From: Candidatus Bathyarchaeota archaeon
Lineage (GTDB): Archaea; Thermoproteota; Bathyarchaeia; Bathyarchaeales; Bathycorpusculaceae
Reading direction: 5' to 3'
NCBI GenBank assembly: GCA_963833575.1
Contig: CAWHXY010000008.1
Location: forward strand, 1-64,000
DNA length: 64,000 bases
Below are positions 20,125-29,305 of the stretch, piece by piece (position 1 is the stretch's first letter; every line of letters begins with the position of its first letter). The notes under the pieces were generated by a model, which did no database searches, was not told the origin of the DNA, and saw nothing but the letters and a program-made list of their open reading frames with translations. The position numbers and the translations under genes are program-made.

Positions 20125-20430
20125 ATGTCTCAGGACAGTTCTTTTCCCGAATCGCCACAATCACCAATAAATCAATCGTCATACTCGTTGCGTCAAAAGC
20201 GAAATACATCATTATACTTCAACCTCGGTATCTTATGTGCCTTCATTAGTTTGTTAGTGGTTCCAGAAATTTTTGGTTCAGCTGCTATCATCTTGGGAGC
20301 TTACACTTGGCGGATGGAACGAGATGAAAATAGAAACCGTGGGCTTGTATTGATAATAGTTGGAATTGTGGCGATGCTTGTGGGAATTTATTACACTTCT
20401 TATTTTGCATTATACGACATTCTTCCGTAA
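20125..20430 (+). CDS. Small membrane protein (DUF4190-like)
   Basis: Hydrophobic helices with FGSAAIILG and a charged loop; ATG 20125. Confidence 0.65.
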   Translation: MSQDSSFPESPQSPINQSSYSLRQKRNTSLYFNLGILCAFISLLVVPEIFGSAAIILGAYTWRMERDENRNRGLVLIIVGIVAMLVGIYYTSYFALYDILP

Positions 20431-20598
20431 GAGTTTTGGACAAAGTCTCAGCGTCATCACTTTTTTGTGAAGACGTTGGTCGTAATTACAATTTAGTCAA
20501 AAAAGTATTATACAGGTTATGTCTTCATAAATTGGAGTAAAAATATACTTTTCAAAAAAGGTTTTGAAGGAAAAAACTGATTAAGTTTGTGAAATTGG

Positions 20599-20994
20599 TT
20601 AAATTCCAGGTATGTTTGCGATGAAGCCAATGCAATATGGAATTAGCCAAATTATCCAAACAATAAGACTGAGCCTATGAAAGTTTCTTAACCTTTGTTC
20701 ATTGCCACTTATCAGTGAAACTGTTGCCCAGATTGCATGGAAGAGCATCAATACGATTGCTAAGACTCCTGTTAATGCATGGATGTTTAGGAAATTTCCA
20801 CTATTCGTGGTTGTCACTAAGGTTGTCATCAACGTTGTTCCTGTAGTATCAAAGACAAAACCTGCCCAGAAAAATGCAAGGTGTTTTTGTTTGAGAATTT
20901 TGGCAAGCCTTTCGCTCCAAACGCCTATGGAGTAGAAAACAAGAGCCAGGGTTATTGCGATTGCTGAAATCACTAATATGTTTGCTTCCATCAA
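20599..20994 (-). CDS. TIGR03987/HsmA-like four-TM membrane protein
   Basis: ALVFYSIGVWSE, FDTTGT, HALTG, MLFHAIWA and FHRLS motifs. Confidence 0.8.
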   Translation of the reverse strand: MMEANILVISAIAITLALVFYSIGVWSERLAKILKQKHLAFFWAGFVFDTTGTTLMTTLVTTTNSGNFLNIHALTGVLAIVLMLFHAIWATVSLISGNEQRLRNFHRLSLIVWIIWLIPYCIGFIANIPGI

Positions 20995-21010
20995 ATCACC
21001 ACCTTTTATT

Positions 21011-21108
21011 ATAATGTTGACTGTTAGTCAGTTATAGTACCTTTAGTTATTTATGCGTTTAGTCAGTTAATATACGTTTAGTCAGTTATTATGCCATTAA
21101 TCAGCAAA
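21011..21108. promoter_or_regulatory. Putative TetR operator region: palindrome TGACT-GTT-AGTCA plus 19-bp tandem half-site repeats
   Basis: TTAGTCAGTTA occurs three times in the divergent intergenic region. Confidence 0.65.
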
Positions 21109-21155
21109 CCTAATGCCTTAAATAAAACTTACAATAAATCCAAACAAGAGAAACA

Positions 21156-21755
21156 ATGCCCAAAGTAATTCCAGAATATAGAGAAGCAGCTAAAGAAAGA
21201 ATTATAAAAGCTGCCTTTGAAATCTTCACAAAAAAAGGCTACCATGAATCAACGATGGATGATATAGCCAAAGAAATAGGCGTAAGCAAAGGAGCCCTCT
21301 ATCAATACTTCAAAAACAAAAGAGAACTGCTCAACGAAATCGTCCTTTCCTACCACGCAATGTTTCGCGAGGTTCTAAGAACCTCGTTTGAAAAACAGGA
21401 TAACTCTGCAATTGCAGAAGGGGGATCAGAGGCGTTACTTAAAAAATACCGCTTACACCATGAGATGTTCTTTGAAATCATCGCAATTGCAAGTCATGAC
21501 GAAGAAATTAAGAAATCATTAAAAAACGAGTATGAAAAGGACATCAAACTCATCGAAGAATACTTTAAAAAAGAAAAGGAAAATGGAAAACTAGCATTGA
21601 AAATAGAAGCGAATACGTTAGCACAACTGTATATTGCGGTGTATGTTGGTATGGCTATGAAAGTAATTATGGGTGACGATAGTGTTGAAATACATCGGGT
21701 TTGGTCAAGAGCAATAGCTGCTATGATGTCATCATCTGCAGATAAAACACTCTAA
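21156..21755 (+). CDS. TetR/AcrR family transcriptional regulator
   Basis: FTKKGYHESTMDDIAKEIGVSKGALYQYFKNK helix-turn-helix. Confidence 0.93.
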   Translation: MPKVIPEYREAAKERIIKAAFEIFTKKGYHESTMDDIAKEIGVSKGALYQYFKNKRELLNEIVLSYHAMFREVLRTSFEKQDNSAIAEGGSEALLKKYRLHHEMFFEIIAIASHDEEIKKSLKNEYEKDIKLIEEYFKKEKENGKLALKIEANTLAQLYIAVYVGMAMKVIMGDDSVEIHRVWSRAIAAMMSSSADKTL

Positions 21756-22041
21756 TCATCTACTATGTGGACGGCAAAAAATAAACGCTGTATGGTTATT
21801 GTTGATACATCTTAGGCAGTTTTGAACGTTTTTTAGTTGTTGCACCCTGGACACCTTATATTGATTTCTTGTAAGTTGACAACCCAAATTAGATAGATTC
21901 ATATAAAAAAATAATATTGGGCGGCGTCTCCATTGGAGGAAACGTTCAATGCATTCCAATGTTTACTTAACCGGAGGATTTGAGTTCAACCCCAATTAAA
22001 AGACAAATGAACACGGTTTTTGCGTTATGTGCCCTTATGCT

Positions 22042-22380
22042 CTACTGAGATTCAAGCAAAATATCCTTTCCTTCAACCTTCACAGCATAAACTTGTGCAT
22101 CTTTGATTTTAGGGTGCATCAAAGGAATCTTTGGACCGGAAACAACTTTGCCATTTGTAACGTCAAACTTTGCCTTATGTTTGGGACAAGTCACTGTATT
22201 TCCGTCAAGTGTTCCTTTTGAAAGGTCCCCGTGCATGTGCGTGCAACTATTTTCGATGGCATAATAGACATTGTTCACGTTGGCTATCATAACTTCTTTT
22301 TCTGCAAGCTTTACAACCTTCGTTTGCCCCAGAGATATTTCTTGGGTTTCAGCAACTTTAACAAGAGTCAAACTTTCCAC
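22042..22380 (-). CDS. Rieske-type [2Fe-2S] ferredoxin
   Basis: CTH...CPKH ligand motifs, FDVTNG. Confidence 0.9.
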   Translation of the reverse strand: MESLTLVKVAETQEISLGQTKVVKLAEKEVMIANVNNVYYAIENSCTHMHGDLSKGTLDGNTVTCPKHKAKFDVTNGKVVSGPKIPLMHPKIKDAQVYAVKVEGKDILLESQ

Positions 22381-22809
22381 CTCCGCTTCATTCTCTTAAT
22401 TCTTGCTCTTCTATAAGAACACTAATTACCTGCCCTATGTTTTAACGAGAATGCTTAACTGAATAGAAATAAATCTAAGTCTAAAAGAAAGGCTTGATAA
22501 ACTTTGATCTTCACTGCTTTAGGGGTTCAACGCGTTCCCATGGTTGCTTTGCCAGAGGGTTTGAGTTGAACCCAAAATATGTGCCGTATTGATGGACTTC
22601 TAATTGACAGCTGACCTTTTTCCAAGCAAGCATGTGCCTCCTCTTCCTGCGTATGTAATCACTTGCTAACAGATAGCACAGTATCGGGTAATTATCAAAA
22701 GACTTAACTTGAAAAACAAGTCTTAGACACTATTTAGATTTAGGAATTTGGAAAGATAGGGGACTTAGATTGACTAACTCTATGCTGGATTATCTTATTT
22801 TGAACAGTA

Positions 22810-23076
22810 GTGACGAGGGACGACCTTTTGACAGATGTTCAAAATGCGGTCACAGGTACGATGAACACAAAAAGAATGGAAGTTGCCAGATTAAGAGTTG
22901 CTATTGCAATGCGTTTAAAGCATGAGTTTTTGGATGCTATAGAAAAAGAAAAGGATAGACCTCTTGAATTTGAATACTTCGAAGAAATAGCCAATATGGT
23001 AGAATCATTCGAAACTGTAAAATCTATGATTGAGGTTCATATCTCGGGGGACATGAAACATGCAAATACAAGGTAA
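22810..23076 (+). CDS. Hypothetical protein (88 aa)
   Basis: Helical, charged ORF overlapping the next gene start. Confidence 0.5.
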   Translation: MTRDDLLTDVQNAVTGTMNTKRMEVARLRVAIAMRLKHEFLDAIEKEKDRPLEFEYFEEIANMVESFETVKSMIEVHISGDMKHANTR

Positions 23077-23464
23077 GGGTAAACCTTTTAGCATAGCTTT
23101 CATTTTGTCCGCAGTCTCTGGTATATTAATAGTTTCTCAGGGAGCTTTAAGGTTCATACGTAACCAGTGGGGTCTTGAATTGGGAATCGGCGAATTTCGC
23201 AGGGCAATGGTTCACGGAAGCGGCTTCAGAATAATAAGCATCGTTACCATATTATTAGGAATAATTGTTCTTTTTGGCGCACTTCTCATGAGGAATGGAA
23301 GAACAAAAGATGGGGGAACACTCGTGATAGCTTTTTCTGCATTATCGATTATGAGTGGTGGAGGCTATTTGGCAGGTTTGATTCTCGGAGTGGTTGGAGG
23401 AGCTTTGGCAATCAGTGAACAAATACCAAGCAACTCCACCAAAGAACCTCTTCCCAATAACTAA
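23060..23464 (+). CDS. Small membrane protein (DUF6114-like)
   Basis: About four TM helices ending GGGYLAGLILGVVGGALAI. Confidence 0.75.
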   Translation: MQIQGKGKPFSIAFILSAVSGILIVSQGALRFIRNQWGLELGIGEFRRAMVHGSGFRIISIVTILLGIIVLFGALLMRNGRTKDGGTLVIAFSALSIMSGGGYLAGLILGVVGGALAISEQIPSNSTKEPLPNN

Positions 23465-23634
23465 AGGGTTAAGCTACAATACTGAAATCAAGGAATTAGA
23501 AGCTTTATTGTTTTAGCCAAGGTTCATTAATACCCCCCCTGTCTGATTTGTCAGAGGATTTTAGTTCGACCCTCCAATGCAAGTCTTCAAACCCTTAAAT
23601 ACACAAACTAAAGCCGTACTAATTGCGGATTCAA

Positions 23635-24099
23635 ATGAAGACAATTATTCTGTACTCTTCTAAGAGCGGCAACACAAAAAAAATCGCCGATTCGATGGCT
23701 TCCCAAATAGGCAGTGACGCAATAAGAATAACCTCAGAAAGTACTCCTTCAACCATGGATTTGGATGGGTACGATTTGGTTCTTGTTGGAACAGGTCTCT
23801 TCGCTGGAACCCCCAACGAAGACCTCATGCGATATCTTAGGAACCTAAATTTGAAAACCACTAAAATGTTTGCTCTGTTTATAACTTGGGGTGGAGCACC
23901 AAGAACTGATAAGTTGGCCTTGACCAGACTTAGGAGGCTTCTGGAAAGCAAGGGGCAGAAAGTGCTAGAAGACCATTTTGCGTGTTATGGCGGATGGAAA
24001 GGTATTCTGATGAAGAGAGGTCATCCTAAAGCTGAAGAAATCAAAGCCGCTGGCGAATGGGCAAAAAAGCTAGTTGATAATTTGGAAAAATACCAATGA
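23635..24099 (+). CDS. Flavodoxin family protein
   Basis: IILYSSKSGNTKKIA FMN loop, YDLVLVGT, ALFITWG; TTAAATA TATA upstream. Confidence 0.88.
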   Translation: MKTIILYSSKSGNTKKIADSMASQIGSDAIRITSESTPSTMDLDGYDLVLVGTGLFAGTPNEDLMRYLRNLNLKTTKMFALFITWGGAPRTDKLALTRLRRLLESKGQKVLEDHFACYGGWKGILMKRGHPKAEEIKAAGEWAKKLVDNLEKYQ

Positions 24100-24287
24100 G
24101 AATAATTAACGCACACAAAAGAAATGATGTTTTATCCACCGGCTAATTTGGAACTCTTATGTTCCACTGCCTAATTTGCCGGAGATTTTGAGTTCAACCA
24201 TGAATAATTGTAAGTGTTCTGCGAGAGGAACACCATGTTCCATGAATAGAACTAAAAGCACTTATGATATTGACTAATTCGATAAGA

Positions 24288-24872
24288 ATGAATAAGAAAA
24301 TAATAGCCTCATTTTTGTTAGTAACTATACTTTTTGTAAGTGCAATTGCTGGAGCAATACTTTATTATGAAAGCTTAGTCAATCAAAAAAATTCCGCCAT
24401 ATCTTCCCTGAACAATCAAATCGATAATCTCAATATGGAAATAGCAAATTTAACCAGCCAAATTTCAAATCTTACTAACCAAACACGTTTAACGTCGGCA
24501 AATCTTGTAACTGCATTAGGCATAACTGAAATAAGAAATACTTCAAGCATATCTAGATCATATAATCGACTCTACATTGATGGTTCAGTAACAAATCAGG
24601 GAGCAGAAACAGCTTATGGCGCAGGATTACATGTTGTGGCTTATTCTCAGGATGGTACATTAGAAATAAACATGACTGTTCCTCTAACTTGGGGAGAGTA
24701 TGCGGCAGACAGTGCAACTGAATCTTATGTTTCAACTTTTGATGGTGTGACTGGTTCATTGCAGCTTGGAAGTTTAGTTGGTGGGCAATCTACGAATGTG
24801 GATTTAGATATTTATCACGAAGGCACTGTTACTAATTGGACTGTAACTCCAGTATGGACAAATACGCCCTAA
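24288..24872 (+). CDS. Membrane-anchored extracellular protein with short coiled coil and beta-sandwich domain
   Basis: MNKKII + TM helix, heptad LxxQIxNL repeats, IDGSVTNQG. Confidence 0.75.
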   Translation: MNKKIIASFLLVTILFVSAIAGAILYYESLVNQKNSAISSLNNQIDNLNMEIANLTSQISNLTNQTRLTSANLVTALGITEIRNTSSISRSYNRLYIDGSVTNQGAETAYGAGLHVVAYSQDGTLEINMTVPLTWGEYAADSATESYVSTFDGVTGSLQLGSLVGGQSTNVDLDIYHEGTVTNWTVTPVWTNTP

Positions 24873-25331
24873 CATTAATTTCAAGCTTATTATTAATCAA
24901 ATTAATCCTCATTGTAAACTCAAACTTACGGAAAAATGGGAAATGCAGGTGATTTTACCATTGAATCGAGATTTAAACAATACCGGGTTATGGTGTGGAG
25001 TTATAAGATTTGGCAAATCAACTAACTGCCGCCTTTGCACGAACCTAAGGCGAATGTTCTTCTTTTAAAGATTCAATATTTTAGTAACCGCTATGGACTT
25101 TGTTGATATAGAATTTCGGCCAAGATTTCTTTGCGTCTCTCTTTGCGGTTCTTCTTTTTGGTTCTTCATGCCTAATGAGAAATAATTTAGCGTTAAAATA
25201 AAAACTTTATTGATTTAGGCTTATGAATAAGACTAATTAACCAAGCGTTAACCTCACAAAAAAGGGGAAATGTTGGTGATGTCTTCATTGGATGGAGATT
25301 CAAGTTTCCTTCAGCACCCTAAGCCGTTGTA

Positions 25332-25793
25332 TTACCTCAAAAAGAGCTTCATTATGTGTTGCTCGTGCCTTATTTCTCCTGTAAATTCAAAACCGAACTT
25401 GCGATAGAATGGCTCTGCGCAGCCGTCCATTTTGACGAGAGACAATTTGACGGCTTTGGCTTTGGGGTTTTTCTTTATTATTGTTATTACTTTTTCTAGC
25501 GCCTTGGCGCCGTAGCCTTTGCCCTGATATTTTGCGTCTATCATGAATCGCCAGAGGTAATAATATCCCCTGGTTGGAATTTGATAAAGCATTATGAAGC
25601 CTACAGGTGTTTCGCCTGTGTATATTGCTCGGAACCAAGCGTTCTTGTAAAAAGAGGCTTCTGCGAGTGAAATGGCGTTTGCTGTGACCAGCATGCGCTG
25701 ATTTTCGCCCACATTTAAATCACATATTGTCCTGACAGTCTTTGGGGTAATTATACGTAGAACGATTTTTTCTTTCTGCTGGTCATTCATCAT
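25332..25793 (-). CDS. GNAT family N-acetyltransferase (polyamine acetyltransferase-like)
   Basis: NAISLAEA, RFMIDAKYQGKGYG acetyl-CoA motif, FYRKFGF. Confidence 0.9.
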   Translation of the reverse strand: MMNDQQKEKIVLRIITPKTVRTICDLNVGENQRMLVTANAISLAEASFYKNAWFRAIYTGETPVGFIMLYQIPTRGYYYLWRFMIDAKYQGKGYGAKALEKVITIIKKNPKAKAVKLSLVKMDGCAEPFYRKFGFEFTGEIRHEQHIMKLFLR

Positions 25794-26001
25794 TTTCCTA
25801 TTCAGCTCTGTTATCTTACGCTTTTATGTTAGTAGCTTTTTGAAATTTAACATTTGGCAACCGTATCAGATAATTTGGAGTTCAAAACAACATTAATCCA
25901 AAATTGCAGAGGTTTATCAACATCTCCATTGACTAGAGGGTTTGAATCTAACCCCCACTTTTATAAGTAAAAGCGTAAAAGAACTAAATTGGGTGAGATA
26001 G

Positions 26002-26154
26002 ATGGTAATCGCTGAAAACTGTCCCTGTCCTAAAAACAAGTGTATTAGACATGGCAAATGTGAAGAGTGCTCACAACATCATGCGGAAAAAGGCAAACTA
26101 CCCTTCTGCAAAAGACCAAAGAATTCACGGTTTGGATTTTTGAAAAAGAAATAG
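26002..26154 (+). CDS. Unlisted 50-aa Cys/His-rich metal-binding protein (DUF6485-like)
   Basis: MVIAENCPCPKNKCIRHGKCEECSQHHAEKGKLPFCKRPKNSRFGFLKKK; GGTGA upstream and TTTATAAG TATA near 25959; below the ORF-track length cutoff. Confidence 0.8.
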   Translation: MVIAENCPCPKNKCIRHGKCEECSQHHAEKGKLPFCKRPKNSRFGFLKKK

Positions 26155-26177
26155 TTTTTCTTGGTCATCTTCGGTTT

Positions 26178-26423
26178 CTACTCCGACAAGTAAGTTGGTT
26201 CTAACGGGGCGAGAATTTGCTCGGAAATGAAATAAACGCCATTATCTAATAACATATTTAGCTCATGTTTCTTAACAAAATCTGTAATGAGCGAAAGTGA
26301 ATTATTGTTGACGATGTGTTCCGTAATTCTTAAGACAAGCCCGTCTTTCAAAGTCTCAAGAATTTTTACGTCTATATTGAAGTTTTTCCTTATTTCTCTT
26401 TTTAAAACCATTGCATCAAACAT
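26178..26423 (-). CDS. Hypothetical protein (81 aa)
   Basis: ATG ORF with GGTGA upstream and protein-like composition. Confidence 0.6.
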   Translation of the reverse strand: MFDAMVLKREIRKNFNIDVKILETLKDGLVLRITEHIVNNNSLSLITDFVKKHELNMLLDNGVYFISEQILAPLEPTYLSE

Positions 26424-26937
26424 TTTCAGTGTTTCATCACCTACCCAAATCTAGATGGTAAAAGTAGCGCAAACCTAGACAATTATAGATATGTTTAGTT
26501 TAGCTATTTTTATAAGCTGTAAAGTTGCTTAAGTCTGTTTTGCCTAGTAAGTGGTTGCTTAGTGCTTTAACTTAACATAAACTTCGAGAGTTTTCACCAT
26601 GATAATCACTATAGCTACAACTGTTGCTCCTAATGTAACGATTTCTTCACACAGGGAACATCTATCAAAAAAAACGAATGGTGAGCTTTTAATGGGGGTT
26701 CTTGCTTTGGATCATTATTTTTCTGCTACTCTTTATGAGAAAACGAAGAATAGTCTTTTCTCAAACGAGGTAATAGCTTTAACCACTTGAAATTTGCTAA
26801 AATCAGAACAGCCCAATAAGAAAAGGAGAGATGCGGGTGAAGTCCTCCACTGGAGTGTGGGTTCAATCCGATTCCCCACCTAAAAACGCCAGAGGGTTTG
26901 AGTTCAACCCTGAATATTAGTTTAGTCTGGATATTAC

Positions 26938-27366
26938 TCATGGAATAACATGTTGAGTATATTCTCTGGTGCATTTCCCGTCAATGCTTGCTGACGTGAC
27001 GTTTCCATAAATTAAGAAATTGATTAAGTACTTGTCAGACACTGGCACAGTAAGATTTGCCTGCCAAATACCTGTTCCATTAAGAACTAATCTTTCCCAA
27101 GTGGCAGCCAAAGAGGGGTTCACGGTTTGAATGTCAAGTAGCAATACTGCTTGACCAGTCCTAACGGTTGTTGTAATATTAAGTGAATCTCCCTTAGTCA
27201 AATGCCAAGAACCCACCGTCCCATTGGATGAACCGTTAGCTTGGAGGACATAATGACCATCATAGAGTGTTTCCTGAGCTTTCCAGCTTGGATTAAGAAA
27301 TACCGTAACTCCCAAAGCAACAAGGATTGCAATGCAAATGATACCAAGCACGAACTTGCGTCTCAT
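26938..27366 (-). CDS. Membrane-anchored or secreted beta-rich hypothetical protein
   Basis: MRRK + hydrophobic helix, several N-x-S/T sequons. Confidence 0.7.
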   Translation of the reverse strand: MRRKFVLGIICIAILVALGVTVFLNPSWKAQETLYDGHYVLQANGSSNGTVGSWHLTKGDSLNITTTVRTGQAVLLLDIQTVNPSLAATWERLVLNGTGIWQANLTVPVSDKYLINFLIYGNVTSASIDGKCTREYTQHVIP

Positions 27367-27698
27367 TTAGCCGCTTCCAAAATTGATTATACTGTATTTG
27401 AACATAAAAATCTTGTCAATACTTGAAACTACGCGTCTTTCAAAAAACAGGGTTTTGCAGGAGATATCTCTAATGGAGGAACCCTTCAAACCCCACCATC
27501 AACACTTTTATCAATTTTCAAAAAATTATAAATGCGATAATTTAAACTAAAACCAAACGAATACCTAGACAAACCCCAATCAAAAAATATATTGGAGTCT
27601 GCTTTCAAATATTGAGCAGCTTTCAAAACAACCAAACATTTTGGATCTCCTGCCTTTTCTTAATGCGATGTACCATAATAAAATGCCATTGAACGACT

Positions 27699-27775
27699 AA
27701 ACTAGCTTAAAAGAGCTTGAAATAGCTTAAAAGGGCTTAAACTAGATTAAAAAAGATTAAACTAGATTAAAAAAC
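27699..27775. repeat. Non-coding 10-bp-period tandem repeat (about 7.5 units)
   Basis: AAACTAGCTT AAAAGAGCTT GAAATAGCTT AAAAGGGCTT AAACTAGATT AAAAAAGATT AAACTAGATT AAAAAAC. Confidence 0.8.
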
Positions 27776-27832
27776 ACTCAACCTGCAAACAAATCAAGAC
27801 CTAAATCAAAAAAGCAACCCAAAACAAAGAAA

Positions 27833-27852
27833 AAAAATTGTGCGCAATTTTT
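27833..27852 (-). terminator. Hairpin/T tract after the ggs-like gene
   Basis: AAAAATTG-TGCG-CAATTTTT palindrome just past the stop codon. Confidence 0.5.
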
Positions 27853-27859
27853 CGCAGCG

Positions 27860-29095
27860 CTAGTATTTGTCGATTAGGTAGGGTTTGAGTTTTGTGAAGG
27901 TTTTTGCTTCTTCTACTACTCGTGCTTCTGATTCTTCTTCTGATTCTGTCCAGGTTTCTTTTAGATAAGCAGCAATTCTACCAATCCAAAGCACTCTTAA
28001 GGCATCTATCAATTTGTCTCTGCCATACGCGGGGTTTTTGTGAAATTCAGCAATAAATGAGTAGACTGTTTTTGCCCAGATTTCAGAGGGAAAAGTGATG
28101 CAGGATGTTTCTATCTGCTTAAGTTCATCAAATTTACTTAGAATTTCAGGCTCCAAAAACGATTTGTAGATGTCGCTGTATGTGTTGTAGTTGTTTTTGT
28201 AGGCTTCAATTGTGGCAGGTAGGGAGACTTGGATTTGTTCGGGCGCTCCGTTTCCTTGTATGTCTCCATATGACTCGGTTGCTGTGATGCCGCTTATTGC
28301 TTTCCAAACGGACTCGTAACGTTCGATCGAGGTAAACATGATGTTTATGACCTGCCGAAACATAGAGGCAAGTTGACTGGAAGGATCTTTAGCATCATGA
28401 TTTTTTACTCCTAAAAGAGCCTGCTTCACTTTATATCCCCTCGCCAACGCCGTATAAGTCTCAAAAATGTCAATGCCGAAGCGGCAAACATCCGGAAGCT
28501 CCCACATAGAAGAATCCAACAGCTCCTCAACCAGCTCAATCGACAACCCGAAGTCCCCACCTATAGGCTGCCGAATATCTTTTCCAAATAGACTCGCCGT
28601 AACAGGATAACACAAGAAATTAGTAATCGTTCCATCATATTTTCGGCGATGATAACAAGGCGCCACAAAACCTGTACCCGCCAAAGTCGGCGAAATCAAA
28701 AGCCGAATCCACTCTGGAGTTATGCTACGCAAATCTGAATCCACCAACGCCACACTTCGCACTTTCAAATAGCTTGCAGCCTCAAAAATAGCCCTAACAG
28801 CCCTTCCCTTACCAGATATCCCCATGTAAATGGCAGGAATCAACTTCACCTCAGAAGGCAAATAAACCTGCTTAACAGAAGTCAACGTTTCATCCTTTGA
28901 ACACCCATCTGAAACAAAAACTACCGACCTCAAATTAGGAAAATAAGTGTCTAAACCCTTAGTCACTTGAGAAATAACATAACTTGCAGTAAGCACATTA
29001 TTGAAAGAGGGAATACCCACCAAGACATCTGCTTTCTCTATATTATGCAGATACACCCGGGCATCCAACGATAAAGCCGAATCATCTTTATTCAT
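27860..29095 (-). CDS. ggs: Single-step glucosylglycerate synthase-like glycosyltransferase (Ggs/Mgs family)
   Basis: LVGIPSFNN, SDG, GKG, VDSDLRSITPEW, KYDGTITN, IRQPIGGDFG and FGIDI motifs. Confidence 0.72.
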   Translation of the reverse strand: MNKDDSALSLDARVYLHNIEKADVLVGIPSFNNVLTASYVISQVTKGLDTYFPNLRSVVFVSDGCSKDETLTSVKQVYLPSEVKLIPAIYMGISGKGRAVRAIFEAASYLKVRSVALVDSDLRSITPEWIRLLISPTLAGTGFVAPCYHRRKYDGTITNFLCYPVTASLFGKDIRQPIGGDFGLSIELVEELLDSSMWELPDVCRFGIDIFETYTALARGYKVKQALLGVKNHDAKDPSSQLASMFRQVINIMFTSIERYESVWKAISGITATESYGDIQGNGAPEQIQVSLPATIEAYKNNYNTYSDIYKSFLEPEILSKFDELKQIETSCITFPSEIWAKTVYSFIAEFHKNPAYGRDKLIDALRVLWIGRIAAYLKETWTESEEESEARVVEEAKTFTKLKPYLIDKY

Positions 29096-29305
29096 GGTTC
29101 TTCTTCCAAAGTTATCTGTTCATTCTAAAAAATCATTCGATCCATAACCACTATATTACTACACAATATTTCCACAACAAAACACCATTTCTGAAGAAAT
29201 TGAAAAGAAAAACCACAATATTAAATCAGAAAAATTCATTCTCAAAGCAAACATGATTTCCTAAAACCTTGACTTTTCCAGAACCAAATTGTATGCCAGA
29301 TTTCA

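Larger units (their letters stand above)
16653..27497 (+). repeat. Array of about 13 same-orientation degenerate intergenic elements (~85-95 bp)
   Basis: Approximate consensus AAAARGGAAATGYNGGTGATNTCTCCAYTGG..GGTTCAAYGCGTTCCACTG..TTTGCCRGAGGRTTTGAGTTCAACCC; copies listed in findings. Confidence 0.85.

Noticed and set aside
25065-25169. Short minus-strand ORF MKNQKEEPQ... between two elements
   Set aside because: Only 34 aa with no recognisable motif; may be a decayed cassette but cannot be supported
26855-26882. tRNA 3' fragment (GTGGGTTCAATCC resembles a T-loop)
   Set aside because: No cloverleaf or acceptor stem; the loop is a base short and is part of the repeated element
16653-27497. 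CRISPR array interpretation of the repeated element
   Set aside because: Copies are ~90 bp, highly degenerate and separated by 0.3-2 kb of genes; no cas genes in the window
16653-27497. Canonical integron attC sites
   Set aside because: No consistent RYYYAAC...GTTRRRY ends, cargo genes in both orientations, no IntI-like integrase seen
27880-27891. AGGGTTTGAGTT match to the element inside the ggs 3' end
   Set aside because: Short, encodes KLKP on the minus strand and lacks the rest of the hairpin; probably chance
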